A DNA stretch of 64,000 nucleotides, taken from contig NC_083230.1 of NCBI RefSeq assembly GCF_032191835.1, forward strand, positions 55,242,001 to 55,306,000. Direction: 5' to 3'. This DNA comes from Heteronotia binoei. Lineage: Eukaryota. The position numbers and the translations under genes are program-made. Below, in pieces: positions 32,724-44,728 of the stretch. The notes beneath the pieces are model-generated. The model was not told the origin of the DNA, made no database searches, and was given only the letters and a program-made list of their open reading frames with translations. Positions within the stretch are counted from its first letter, which is position 1; every line of letters starts with the position of its first letter.

Positions 32724-35675
32724 TTGTATCCCGCCCTCCCTGCCGAAGCAGGCTCAGGGCGGCTCACAGCATAGGCATTTCAACAATTAAAACATGCATA
32801 CTATAACTCAACCATTTATAAAATTAATCATCATTATAGTTAAAAACATTCTAAGATTAAATTAATATTAATAACGGTGTTATGCATTGTAACGGTATAA
32901 CGGTATTCATTCACCAGCATGCTGTAGGATCATTAAGTAAAGGCCAGCTGAAAAAGAGCAGTCTTGCAGGCCCTGCAGAACTGAGCAAGGTTCCGCAAGT
33001 CCTGCACCTCTTCTGGCAATTGGTTCCACCAGTGCAGGGCTGAAATCGAGAAGGCCCTTTCTCTATTAACTTTCAGTTTGGCCTCCTTCGGCCCAGGGAT
33101 TGTCAATAAATTTTGAGACCAGATCACAGTACCCTTTGGGGAATATATGGGGAGAGACAGTCCCTAAGGTAGGCAGGTCCTTGGCCATATAGGGCTTTGA
33201 AGGTAATGACAAGCACCTTGTACCGAATCAAGTACACTATTGGCAACCAGTGCAGTTCCCGCAGCCCTGGCTGTATGTACTCCCATCTAGGGAGCCCCAA
33301 TAGCAGCCTGGCTGCTGCATTCTGCACTAGCTGCAGTTTCCAGCTGCTAGGCTGCCACGCTCCAGGAAAGGGACCAACTCCTTCACCAGCCTAAGATGAA
33401 AAAAAGCGGATTTAGCAGTGGCTGCTATCTGGGCCTCCATTGTCAAGGCAGGTTCTAGCAGCACCCTCAAACTCTTGACCTTGCACGCCATTTGCAATGG
33501 CACACCATCAAATGCTGGTAGGGGGATTTCCCTACCCAGACCACCGCGACTCATGCAAAGGACCTCTGTCTTCACAGGGTTCAACTTCAACCTACTCAGC
33601 CTGAGCCAGCCTGCCACAGTTTGCAACATCAGGTCTAGTTTTTTTGGGACACAGTCAGGCCAGCCGTCCATCACTAGATAGAGTTGGGTGTCATCAGCAT
33701 ATTGGTGACAGCCCAACCCATACCTCCAGACGGCCCAGCCCATACCTCCAGGCAAGGGGGTGCATGTAGATGTTGAATAACATTGTGGAGAGAACCGCCC
33801 CCTGTGACACCCCACAATTAAGTGGGTGCCTCTGGGACAGTTCACCCCCAATTGCCACCCTTTGTCCCCAACCATCAAGGAAAGAGGAAAGCCATTGCAA
33901 GGCCAACCCCTGAATCCCCGCGTCGGTGAGGCGGCGGGTCAGCAACCGATGGTCAACTGTATTGAATGCAGCCAATAGGTCTAACAACATCAGTACTGCC
34001 AAGCCACCTCAATCCAGATGTTGCTGGAGGTCATCCACTAGGGCGACCAGCACTGTCTCCATTCTGTGGCCTGGGTGAAAGCCGGACTGATGGGGATCTA
34101 AAACGGAAGCGTCATCCAGAAAACTCTGTAACTGTAACGCTACTGCCCTCTCAATAATTTTACCCAAAAAGGGTAAATTCAAGACCGACCGATAATGTGC
34201 CAATTCAGCAGGATCTGATGTAGCTTTTTTCAGGAGAGGGTGGACCATGGCCTCTTTAAGAGGTGTTGGAAAAAGCCCTTCTGAGAGGGGTCTATTTACA
34301 ATGTCCCATTTAGAACAATTAAGCTCTCTCTGGCAAGATTTAATTAGTCAAGAGGGACAAGGGTCCAGATCACAAGTTGTTGGGCATACAGTGGAGAGGA
34401 TTCTGTCAACTTCCTCCATGTTGAGCATGTTGAAGCAATCCAGCATTGGTCCAGAAGATAGGCAAGGGGCCTCGAGTTCATGTACTGTATCCAATGTGAT
34501 GGGGAGGTCGTGGCAAAGCAACAAGATCTTATCTGCAAAAAATTCTGCAAAAGCCTCACAGCCAATCTCCAATTCCCTAGCATTTGGTCTGCCCTGTGGC
34601 AATGTTGTAAGATTCCGAATTGTCCTAAACAATTGTGCCAGGTGTGAACTTGCAGATGCAATCTTGGCCGCAAAGTAGGTCTTCTTTGACTGCTATCTCA
34701 TAGGACCTCATGAACTCTCTATAAGATGTTTTAGTTGCTTCGTCTTGAGCACGCTGCCATTGCCTCTCTAACTGTCTGAGCCCTCATTTCAGCTGCCGTA
34801 ATTCTGGGGTATACCAAGGAGCCAGCTTAACATGAGGGCGCAGAGGGTGCTGAGGAGCGATCTCATTGATGGCTCTGGAGAGCCGACCCTGCAAAGACTC
34901 CACCAAGTCATCGAGAGAATCGCCAGGGGGCCAGGGATCCTGTAGAGCCATTTGGAACTGCTCAGGGTCCATCAGGCTCTGCGGGCAAGCCAAAATAAGC
35001 TCACCACCTAAACGGGCTTGGGGTGGAACATCCACACAAGCCTTTAGGGCAAAGTGGTCCGACCATGGCACCGCCTCAGTGGTAATATTGTTCACCGAAA
35101 CCCCGACCGCAAAGACCAAATCTAACGTGCCCCACCTGGTGAGTGGACGATGTAACAAGTTGGGAGAGCCCCAGTACGGCCTCCATCAGGGACGGTAAGG
35201 TGCGTTAGGTGGACGATACACCAGCCATATTGCCAACCCCTCCCCAGCGTCCCATGCCAGACAGGCACACTCAATACCATTGATCTCTGGGGCCGGGAGT
35301 GCCCAAAAGAAGTAAGCCTCTCGTATGAATAGAGCCACCCCTCCCCCCGCCTGCTAGTCTGCGATTGGTGAAAGACTGAGTATCCTGGGGGAGCTGTTTG
35401 GGAGAGAGCTACAGCCTCTCCATCTCTCATCCATATCTCAGTCATGCAAGCCAGGTCCACGTCCTGCTTGAGCAAAAACTCTCAGAGGACTGAGGTCTTA
35501 TTGTTTATGGATCTGGCACTGCATAACACCAATGACGGAGGTGAGTAATTCAACCTGGCCCCACTACCTGTCACCGTCTGGATGGGACACAGACTGGAAC
35601 GGGGCCGAGCACCACCATATCTCAGTCTCCTTCCCTTATATTGATGTCTGTTCCCACTGTGGCAGCCCAAAGACG
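32646..35675 (-). mobile_element. L2 LINE (ORF2 endonuclease + RT + 3'UTR + (ATT)n tail) nested in L1
   Basis: CSARSINNK, DLACMTEIW, TLDLVF, WSDHFAL, CDLDPCPS, YRSVLNLPFLGKIIE, LLDLLAAFNTVDH, YADDTQLY, QNAAARLL, LHWLP. The 5' boundary is approximate. Confidence 0.9.
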
Positions 35676-36103
35676 ATTTAGATTGATATGGCAAAGGTTC
35701 TTTAGCACAAGATGAGAGTAACAAATTGTATATTTTGGAAATTAAACCTTTACTGTGAAAAGTAGCATTTTGTAAGAGATCTGTTGAATTCTTTGGATTC
35801 CATTAAGTGTTTTAATTATAGGTATTTGAACCAGGGGATGGTTTGACCACAGAGGTGTTCCAGTCGGATTTTGTCTATTAGGCCTTTCTTATCAGATACA
35901 TCAATGAGTCTAGTTAGGTTAGCCTGTCTCCATATAATAAATGAGTTAGGGGAGAATCCTGGACCAAACCAGGGTTGTCTTACAAAATTAGTCAATATAG
36001 ATGGAGTAGGAAGAAGGGTTTTATGAGGCTTAACCCAAACATTGAGAATTGAAAGTATAGGAGTATGTTTGTGTAGGTGAGGGCAAAGGGCATAGCTCTT
36101 AGA

Positions 36104-36382
36104 AGATGATGATATTGGATTTATATCCTGCCCTATATTCTGAATCTCAGAGTCTCAGAGCGGCTCACAATCTCCTTTACCTTCCCCCCACACACAACAG
36201 ACACCCTGTGAGGTGGGTGGGACTGAGAGACCTCTTACAGCAGCTGCCCTTTCAAGGACAACTCCTATGAGAGCTATGGCTGACCCAAGATCATTCCAGC
36301 AGTTGAAAGTGGAAGAGGGGGGAATCAAACCCGGTTCTCCCAGATAAGAGTCTGTGCACTTAACCACTACAGCAAACTGGCT
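36104..36382 (-). mobile_element. MIR/Ther1-like L2-tailed SINE nested in L1 ORF2
   Basis: Same family as 7671-7955, with TSD CTCTTAGA at 36096-36103 / 36383-36390. Confidence 0.87.
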
Positions 36383-39300
36383 CTCTTAGACCAGAGGAGG
36401 TCAGAGATGGAGTATGGGTACAGGTAAATATTCTCGATTATTTTCCGATCTACTTCATAGGATGAATTATAGTGTTTCACTAAAAAAGAAAGCATAACTG
36501 CATCATGGTAGAGTGGCAAATTTGGGAATGCTAAATTGCCATTGGCCTTTTCCCTGAAAAGTGTAGATTAGTTAATTATGTTTTTTTTTTTGTAACACCA
36601 GATAAAACAAATGATGTTTTGTTACCACTTCCAAAGAAGTGAATTGTCAACACAGATGAGTATTGTCCAAAAGAAATAAAGATATTAGGGGAACACAAAA
36701 GATTGTATAAGTTGAATCCGTTCTAACCATGAAATTTTTTTTCCCATTCCAGATTTTGAAGAGATCAGTATTTGTTTTGTGAAGCTCATAGTAGTTATAA
36801 TAAATTAAGTTGTTCAGATCCAATGGGTAAGTCCAGTAAGTGTTTGTCCATTTGAGTGGATACATCTGTTTTATAGTAGTAATTTGGTTTGTAGATAAAT
36901 TTATGGGGTATAGTTGTGATCTGGTAAGATTTACTTTTAAACTAAAAACAGATGAAAATTTTGAGAGGATTTCACTGATTACAGTATAGACTGGACAGGG
37001 TTGCTTATATAAAGGACTATATCATCAGTGAATAAGCTTATTTTGATTTGATATTTGGCCATAGGGATACCTTGAACAAGTGAATTAGATCTGATGGCAT
37101 TTGCAAAGGGTTCTATTACTAACACAAATAAAAAGGGTGAGAGGGAGCATCCTTGTCTAGTGCCTTTATATAAAGAAAAATCTTGAGAAAACGCCCTATT
37201 AATGCAAAGATGTGACTGGGGAGAAGAATAAAGAGTTTTAATAGCCTGTATAAATGTGTTAACAAAGTTCATAGCCTCTAGTAAAGTCCAGAGATATTGG
37301 AATTCTATGCTATCAAAGTCCTTTTCTAAATCTAAGGACAAGATAGCCGTAGTCTGAATATTGTTGTTTTTATAATAAGAGATTAATTTTAGCGTTTTCC
37401 TTGTATTGTCTGATTTGTCTCTGCTGGGGATAAACCAGGTCTGGTCAGTGTGCATATAATTATGGATAATGGAATTTAATCTATTAGCCAAAATATAAGA
37501 AAAAAGCTTATAATCCTGATCTATACTAGGATTTAGTATACTAGGATTTAGTATCTAGCAGGTCTCTATCTTTTTTATGTATTACAATGATTCTGGCAAA
37601 ATTCCAGGAATCAGGGATGATTCCTTTACTGAAGGCAAAGTTAAAAGTATAAGCTGAAGGATGAAGCAGGTCCTCACTGAATTTTTTAATAAAATTCGGC
37701 CAGGAAGCTGTCTCGGCCTGGAGTTTTGTTGTTTTGGGTGTGGCGGATTGAGTCAAGGATCTCTTGTTGCATAATGGGTTGCTCAAGAAGGTGTCTGTGA
37801 TCTTCTGAAAGGTTCTTAAATAAATTTTTAGCTTGGAAAAAGGAAGAAATGGAATCCTTTGGGGGATTGGAGGAAGAGTAAAGTTCTTTATAATACTGAG
37901 AGAAGGTATCAATTATTTCTTTAGAAGAACACGAAAGGAAGCCTGTACTATTCTGTATTGCATAGATGTGATTTTCAACCTGTTTTTGTCTAAGTTTCCA
38001 TGATAAATATTTGAGAGAGCGTGGGGATTGATACCAGTACTTTTGTTTTAGATAAGCCAATTGCCTTTGAATTTGGGTAGATTCCATTTCTTCCAGTCTG
38101 TTCTTTTCCAATTGTAATTGTCTGTAGATTTTCTCATTCCCTGTTTTCTTATGTATTTTTTCTAGGTGAGCAATTTTCTCTAGAAGACTGGCTTTCAACT
38201 GATCTCTTTGCTTTTTATGTGCTGAAGTCAAAGAGATTAAGTTACCATGAATCGTTGCCTTAAAGGCATCCCAAACTATATTTTGGGGGACATTGCCAGA
38301 ATTATTTAACTAAAAAAATTCAGTAATTTTTTTGTATTTCATTTGTAATGTGCTCAACCTGTAATAAAGACAAGTTGAGACAATAAAGACAACCTGTAAT
38401 AAAGACAAAGGATTAAGTTTTGGGTGCGTGTCATTTCCAAGAAGAAGGGAGCATTCTAACAAAGCATGGTCCGACCAGAGACCTAGGTGAATATCAGATT
38501 GAGAGATCTTTGGCAGCAAAGATGAAGACACAAAAATATAATAATTGCGGGTGAAAATGTTAAGCCTAGATGAAAAATAAGTGACCATGATTAATTCTCC
38601 ATACATCCTGTAAGTCAAAGTTTTCAATGATATTACACAGTCCAGTGCTTGAAGCATTACATTTTCAGAGCTTTGAGGAGTATGTTGCCTTTGAAGTAGG
38701 GTAGGTTCTGTCTATAATTATATAATTAAAGTTGCTCCCAATGATGAGGGGCCCCTCGGAAAATTGGAAAGTTTTTTAAGGGTATTGTTTATAAAGTGGA
38801 GTTGTCTATTGTTAGGGACATATAGGGATGCTAAGATATAGGGTTGTCCCTCAGTTCTACGTTTCAGAAAGAGGTATCATCCCATTGGATCTGCTTCTAT
38901 ATCTTTGCATTGGAATTGTAACAATCTAGAGACTAGGATGGTGACACCTCTGACACCTTTGGCAATATACAGTGGATACCATGTAGAATTCAATATTTTA
39001 GAGTCCTTGCCTTTAGTATGCGTTTCCTGTAGAAACAAAAGTTCTGCTTGTTGTCTACGTAAATAGGTTAAGATGCTTTTGTGTTTGAGAACATTATTAG
39101 CTCCTCTATAGTTATAGGAAACAATTTTAAATATGGATGCCATTGGACATAAAATATAAAAAAGGAAGATGTAGAAACTCCAACTATCTTTCTGTAGAAA
39201 AAATGAGTATAACAATAGAATATTCCTTGTGGAAGTGTCAAGCTAGATCTGATTAGCAGATTCTGAGGTTCACTATCTGGTTTTAACAACATTGTCTCAA

Positions 39301-41330
39301 TTATGCAGCTGTTAAAGATATTGAAAAGAATTCCCAAAAAGTAAAGGTTACCAATGTGAAGAGACCTAACTCTGCTAGGAAACCAAACATACAATATTAA
39401 GAACCGATGCCAAAAAACAGAATAGTTCAACAGAAATAAACATAGGCTTTTCAACAGGAGTATTAACAATTTATAGATAAAAGTTCCTAGAACAACAGAG
39501 AACACTCGTGTAAATAGTGCATCTTCATTTCTCAAAGCAGCTTTCCTCCTCCTAAACTTAACTAGTAACCACAACAACAACATCAGGGGGTAAGGATATG
39601 GTAAATTGTGATATAGAGCAGCAGTGATAGGAAGAAGGTGTGGATGGAAGTAAAAAGGTACAAAAAATAACAAGAGCCTATCAGTAAGCCATGACTTCTG
39701 GTCTTTAGCAGATCCTGGGAGAGTAACAATAACAGGACAAGACAAATATATAAGCTCTTTAGCGACTGGCTAATACTAAGGTAGAAAAGGGCTAGTCTTT
39801 CATAGCCTATAGAAGGCATACTCATTGCTTTCCCCTCTTCCTTTAATAAGTAATAAACAATTTTGGAAAAAAACTGTATAAAGGTGCTTGGAAACAAAAA
39901 AAAATCCATATTTCAGTAAAGTAGAACTTAAGTCGAAAAAGACAACTCTGGAAAAAATACAATGGAGAAAAGGAAGGCTTAACTACAGACTGGGGAGGAA
40001 CAAAAACCAAGGGAGGGAAAAGGGTGGAACAAAAGAGGAAAAAGGGGAAAAAACTGGAAAACATTTTAAAAAAAACCCAAAAGGGAACTATTTCCCCCGG
40101 AGAGGTGTAGAAACATATGGAGGCTTGTCAAGACAGTATTTTCCACCCTTCCTCACCCTTCTGACCATTACAAAGTAAAGAAAATTAAGCAATATAGTCA
40201 GACAGCAGTAGAGATACTGAATCAAGCGACATATAGAAAGCAAATCCTCGAAAGTAATATGAATCCTCTGATTGAGTGGGGATTTTCCTGCTTCGGTTTG
40301 GGGTACCAGTGAAGTCAAGCTTCCTTTTATGCAATTTTTTAGCAGGTCCTGGTTGCAATTCAAGTCCTAAGGCTTGAAAAAGTTAGTGTCCAGATTCCAG
40401 ATTGTAGGCAAATAACACAGTTCCTTTGTTATTCAATTGAATTTTGCCCAAAGGTCTGTGATGAAAGCCAGCTCGTGAGGCTTTGGCAATGTTCGGTTTT
40501 AGTATGAAACGGAGTTGTAGCGCTTCTGGAGATAAGTTCAGGAAGACTTATTTTTTTTATCATTGTGTAAAAAGAATCCATAGTTCTTGGCTTCTGAAAG
40601 TATTTTGCATCTAGTACGAACATGCTGGAAAACTATAATAACATCTCGAGGGCTGTGAGAGAAGGGCCAGACTAGTGAGCCCAATCTGTAAGCATGGAGG
40701 ATTGTAGGCATCGCTGATCCCTCGAGTCCCATTGTGGAGCCATGTTGTTTGGTATGTAGCAAGATCTCAGAAACCTTCCACTTGTTCTGAAAGTCCATGT
40801 AATTTTAAGTGTGTTTGTTGAAGAGTGAGTTCCAGGGAGAATATCTGTTCCCGGGTCCAATTGTCTTGTTTGTAAAAATATTTAATGTCTTCTTCGGTGG
40901 TAAGTCCCATTTGCATCGCAGATTCTGCTGTTTCTGCAGACTCTTTAAGTGAAATTTGGATATCCTTCAACTGGTTGCTTATCGATTGCAGGATGTTAGA
41001 AATAGTGTCCAAAAGTTCTTCCTTAAATATCACACGGTCTTATTTTGTCACTGGTGCTGTTAAGGAGGGTTCTTGTTCCATGGCATCTGCCATGTTGGAT
41101 CGGGAGTCCAGGCCTGACACAGAGGCCTTAGAAGAATGTCCTGGGGCCATAAATGCCTTAATTGAGTGGGAACTGGCTTATTTTGGTTTGGGCTTGAGTC
41201 TGTTGGTTTTCCCCATTTTCTAATCACAAAACTTTGCAATTTGGCTTTTGCTAAGTGGAAAGGCGGAGATTGGGAATGGGAGTGCTGCCTTCACGCAACT
41301 GCTATTCATCAAGCCAACATCATGCCCACA

Positions 41331-41747
41331 GAACATTGCATTTAGACTTCTGATTGAATTACTGTTACTTTTTACTTTTGCTTCTCCTCTATCTTTAGCA
41401 ATTTTAAGAGTTTCATCAGTCATCCATTGAAGCTTTTCATTTATTTGGACTACAGGAATAGTCCTTATGCATTCTTCTGTGATAATATCTCTGCAACCCA
41501 CAGTTCTTCCTGTTCAATTGAACTTAATAATGCATTAGTTCTTTACAAACTCTTCAGGAATGTTGTTTGTATTTTGGCACTATAAGTGTTCTGGTGTTTT
41601 TCTTCAGCTTTATTCTAATTTTTTATACTAACAATTCATAGACTGTGCCACAATCAGCTCCTGGTCTTGTTTTAGCAGACAGAACAGAGCTTCTTCATCT
41701 TCTGCTTCCAATTGTATAATACATTTAATTCTTGTATTGGCCATCCA
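41331..41747 (-). mobile_element. RTE (BovB-like) LINE, 5' part, continuous with 30720-31852
   Basis: IITEECIRTIP..KLQWMTDETLKIAKDRGEAKVK..SLNAMF continues as AIFQRLA on the other side of the L1. Confidence 0.8.
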
Positions 41748-41881
41748 NNNNNNNNNNNNNNNNNNNNNNNNNNNNNNNNNNNNNNNNNNNNNNNNNNNNN
41801 NNNNNNNNNNNNNNNNNNNNNNNNNNNNNNNNNNNNNNNNNNNNNNNNNNNNNNNNNNNNNNNNNNNNNNNNNNNNNNNNN
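41748..41881. other. Assembly gap (134 N)
   Basis: Run of N characters. Confidence 1.
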
Positions 41882-42409
41882 TGACGAGGAGCTGGAAGGG
41901 TTAACAGACCTGGAAGAGTTGCCAGCCAGTTCTCAGCTGAACAAACAGTAGCTGGCCCATCAATCACTCTCCAGGCACCAGTGTCAGCTGTTGACGATCA
42001 ATATCCTCCAAGCTCTCCTCCTCCCATCTCAAGAGTTCGAAGCAGGCTCCAGAAAGAACTTTCAAAGCAAAGACATGAGGCACGCTGATGCTTCAGATCT
42101 CTCAGCCCTGAGTTCCAGCAGAGTCACTGCTACCCAGGGAGCAGGCTGATTGAGACTCCCATATAGCTCCCACCCAGGACCTGGTAACCTTGTGGAAGCA
42201 ACAAGTCTATTCTCTGGCTGGCATCCACGCTCCTTCCTGATCCTGACCTGCTTGATTTCCTTGGCACCCTGACCTTTTGGCTTTTGGACATTGACTTCTG
42301 ATTCCGGTTTGTGATTCTGCATTGGTGACTTGGCTCCTGCTTGACTTCCTGGACTTTGACCTTGGACCAGCTTTGGAATCCTGCCTGCTTGCACCCTGAG
42401 AATGTGATA
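41882..42409 (+). mobile_element. Probable solo LTR (Gypsy-like), 5' end lost in the gap
   Basis: LTR-like composition with repeated CCTGAC/GGACTTTGAC motifs and an end ...GAGAATGTGATA resembling TGTGACA. No coding region. Confidence 0.45.
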
Positions 42410-44548
42410 GATGGGTAGATGGATAGATAGATGATGATTATGAAGATAGATAGAGATAGATAGATGATGGATGGATGTGTGTGTATACTTTTAGAAAGGT
42501 GGCATATGTTTATGTTAATAGATATTCAAGTTATCTTACAAAACACTCAACTAATCAATAAAGAATTGAAAAACATGCAGCGGTTAGTATTTATCTACTA
42601 GACAAAACAGGAGAGAAATGTAAGATTATTAAATGGAAGAAACTGAATATGGAAGTCAGAGAAGGGATGGGCAGATAGACATTCAGGAGTTGGGACTTAC
42701 TTTGACTTTAACATTTAACCTCTATCGTACATAGTTTTCATATTATTTGAAGTGTTATAAAATATAAACAGACCACAACTTTCAGTACTTGAATATTCTG
42801 CAATAACTTTAGGCTAAGAAGTTGATGGTTTTAAAATATACATATTATTTTCCTTGATTGAAAGTGAGTGCTTAAAACTAAGCTGGTGAGTACTCCCTGT
42901 TAAGCCAAGGGAATATTTTATATACTTAGTGAAAGAAGGCCATTGTGTTTAGAAAGGGTTTCAGCTCGGTGGTAGAGAGTGATTAGAGTGGCATGGCTAT
43001 GGAACACCTTTTCCTAATACCCTGGAGAGCTGTAACAAGTGTGTCCATTACTAAACCAGATGGACCACTGTTCTGACTTTGTTTAAGGCAGTTCCTTACA
43101 TTCTGATTTGGAATGAGACACTGATAATATGTATTTATTTTGTATTTATATTCCAGCAAACATGGCCCCATAGAATCTTCAAGGAGGTTAACAGTTCAAT
43201 ATGACAAACAAGAAATGTAAAAAGAATAGAAATAAGTCCAATAATAATGGTATCTAAACAGTTTAAAATTATATATTACCATAGCAGCAGCATATAAAAT
43301 GATCATGTGCCTAGTTCACAATCAGTGTATTAATTCATCCCCCCTGCCCTGAGTTGCTGTTCACCAGGCTTCAAAAAACAAAGGCAGACCAAGCTTGGTG
43401 GGTTTCCTGGGGAACAGAATTCCACAGAGAGGGAGCCATCACAGAAAAGGTCCTGTTCCTTGTTGTCACCCATCTAACCTCTAATAGCTGACGTCTGAGT
43501 TCAGTTTACATGAATTTCATATGGGAAAAATTATTTCACAGTCTGTAAATGTGTGACCTGTTGTTATTGTTGATGAGAGAGGAGGAGAGAGAGCGATTGG
43601 AAGAAGGTCACCTTTCAACTTTATGGCAGAGTAGGGATTTGAATCCAGGTCTTTCCAATCCTCATCTTTTATTCTAAGCATGACACCACACTGATGCGGC
43701 AGTATTTTTTCAGCAGCTGTAACATTTCAGAAGCCTGTGCCAACAACTCATTCTAGCATAATTTTTCTATGACTAATTTGCACAAGAAATCTCTTCCAAA
43801 CTCATTACTTGAACAGGTGATGTTATGCTAGAATTGGCCCTTTTATCCATCTCCTTGAGAGGAAGTGTACACTTTTAGGCTTCCTTTCCCTCAACATTAT
43901 GGTTCCTGAAGGATCAGACTGTTGAGCACAGCTGCGCATTCCTGCCTGCTCTGTAGGAGCAACTAATGCTAATCAGTTTAGGAAACACCTCATATATTTT
44001 TGGATAGGATATAAATAAAGTCAGCACTTCCTATGTGGCAGTTCATCAGAATTTTTTTTTTAATCCTCTCTGTTGGGGAAACCTGCTGTGCAAATTGACG
44101 ACTTCTTCTTTCCAGATCTTCCTTTTCCAGTTCTTTAAGTGAAGACTCCTGATACACCAATCATATGCTTTGAAAATGGGCTTGTCAGTCTTCAAGTGGG
44201 GTCTGGAGATCTGCTATTACAGAGATCAGTTCCCAGAAAAAAACTGCTGCTTTGGGGGGTGGATTCTATAGCACTGTACCCTATCTCTATCCTCCCCAAA
44301 CATTATCCTTTCCAGGTTTCACCCCAAAATCTCCAGGTATTTCCCAATCTAGAGCTGGCAACTCTAGCAGATGAAGAAGTTTCCTGTACAGTAATCTCCT
44401 ATTCAAGTCCTTTAGTTGTCTTCAAAAAAGTGAAGGTTTTCATTCTCTGAGAGCACTGCTACCTAGATATTTAAAACACTAGTCATCTGTTTATTATGTG
44501 TGTAAGGAAAATAATGGCTGACATGGCTGAATTCTCAACTGATAGGAC

Positions 44549-44728
44549 CAGGCCTTTTTTTGAGCAGGAATGCACGGGAACACAGTTCCAGCTGGCTTGG
44601 CACGAGAGGGTGTGGCTTAATATGCAAATGAGGTCCTGCTAGGCTTGTGTGAAACAATGGTGATGTCAGGGGTGTGTGGCCCCTGGCAAATGAGTTCCTG
44701 CTGGGCTTTTTCTACAAAAAAAGCCCTG
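44549..44728. mobile_element. hAT MITE
   Basis: Ends CAGGCCTTTTT...AAAAAGCCCTG with a perfect TSD GATAGGAC at 44541-44548 / 44729-44736. Confidence 0.87.

Larger units (their letters stand above)
31853..41330 (-). mobile_element. Full-length decayed L1 LINE (about 6.2 kb once nested inserts are removed)
   Basis: ORF1 ~41216-40350 (coiled coil, LKLHGLSEQVEG, PRDVIIVF). ORF2 from ~39143: endonuclease SYNYRG..LQETH, SDH; RT KTPGRDSF..EFY, LDLEKDFD, GTRQGCSLSP, FTDDIVLY; KGLISKIY; C-terminal Cys domain with HCWWSC. Degenerate TSD GAAAATTGCAAT (31841-31852) / GAACATTGCATT (41331-41342). Confidence 0.85.
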
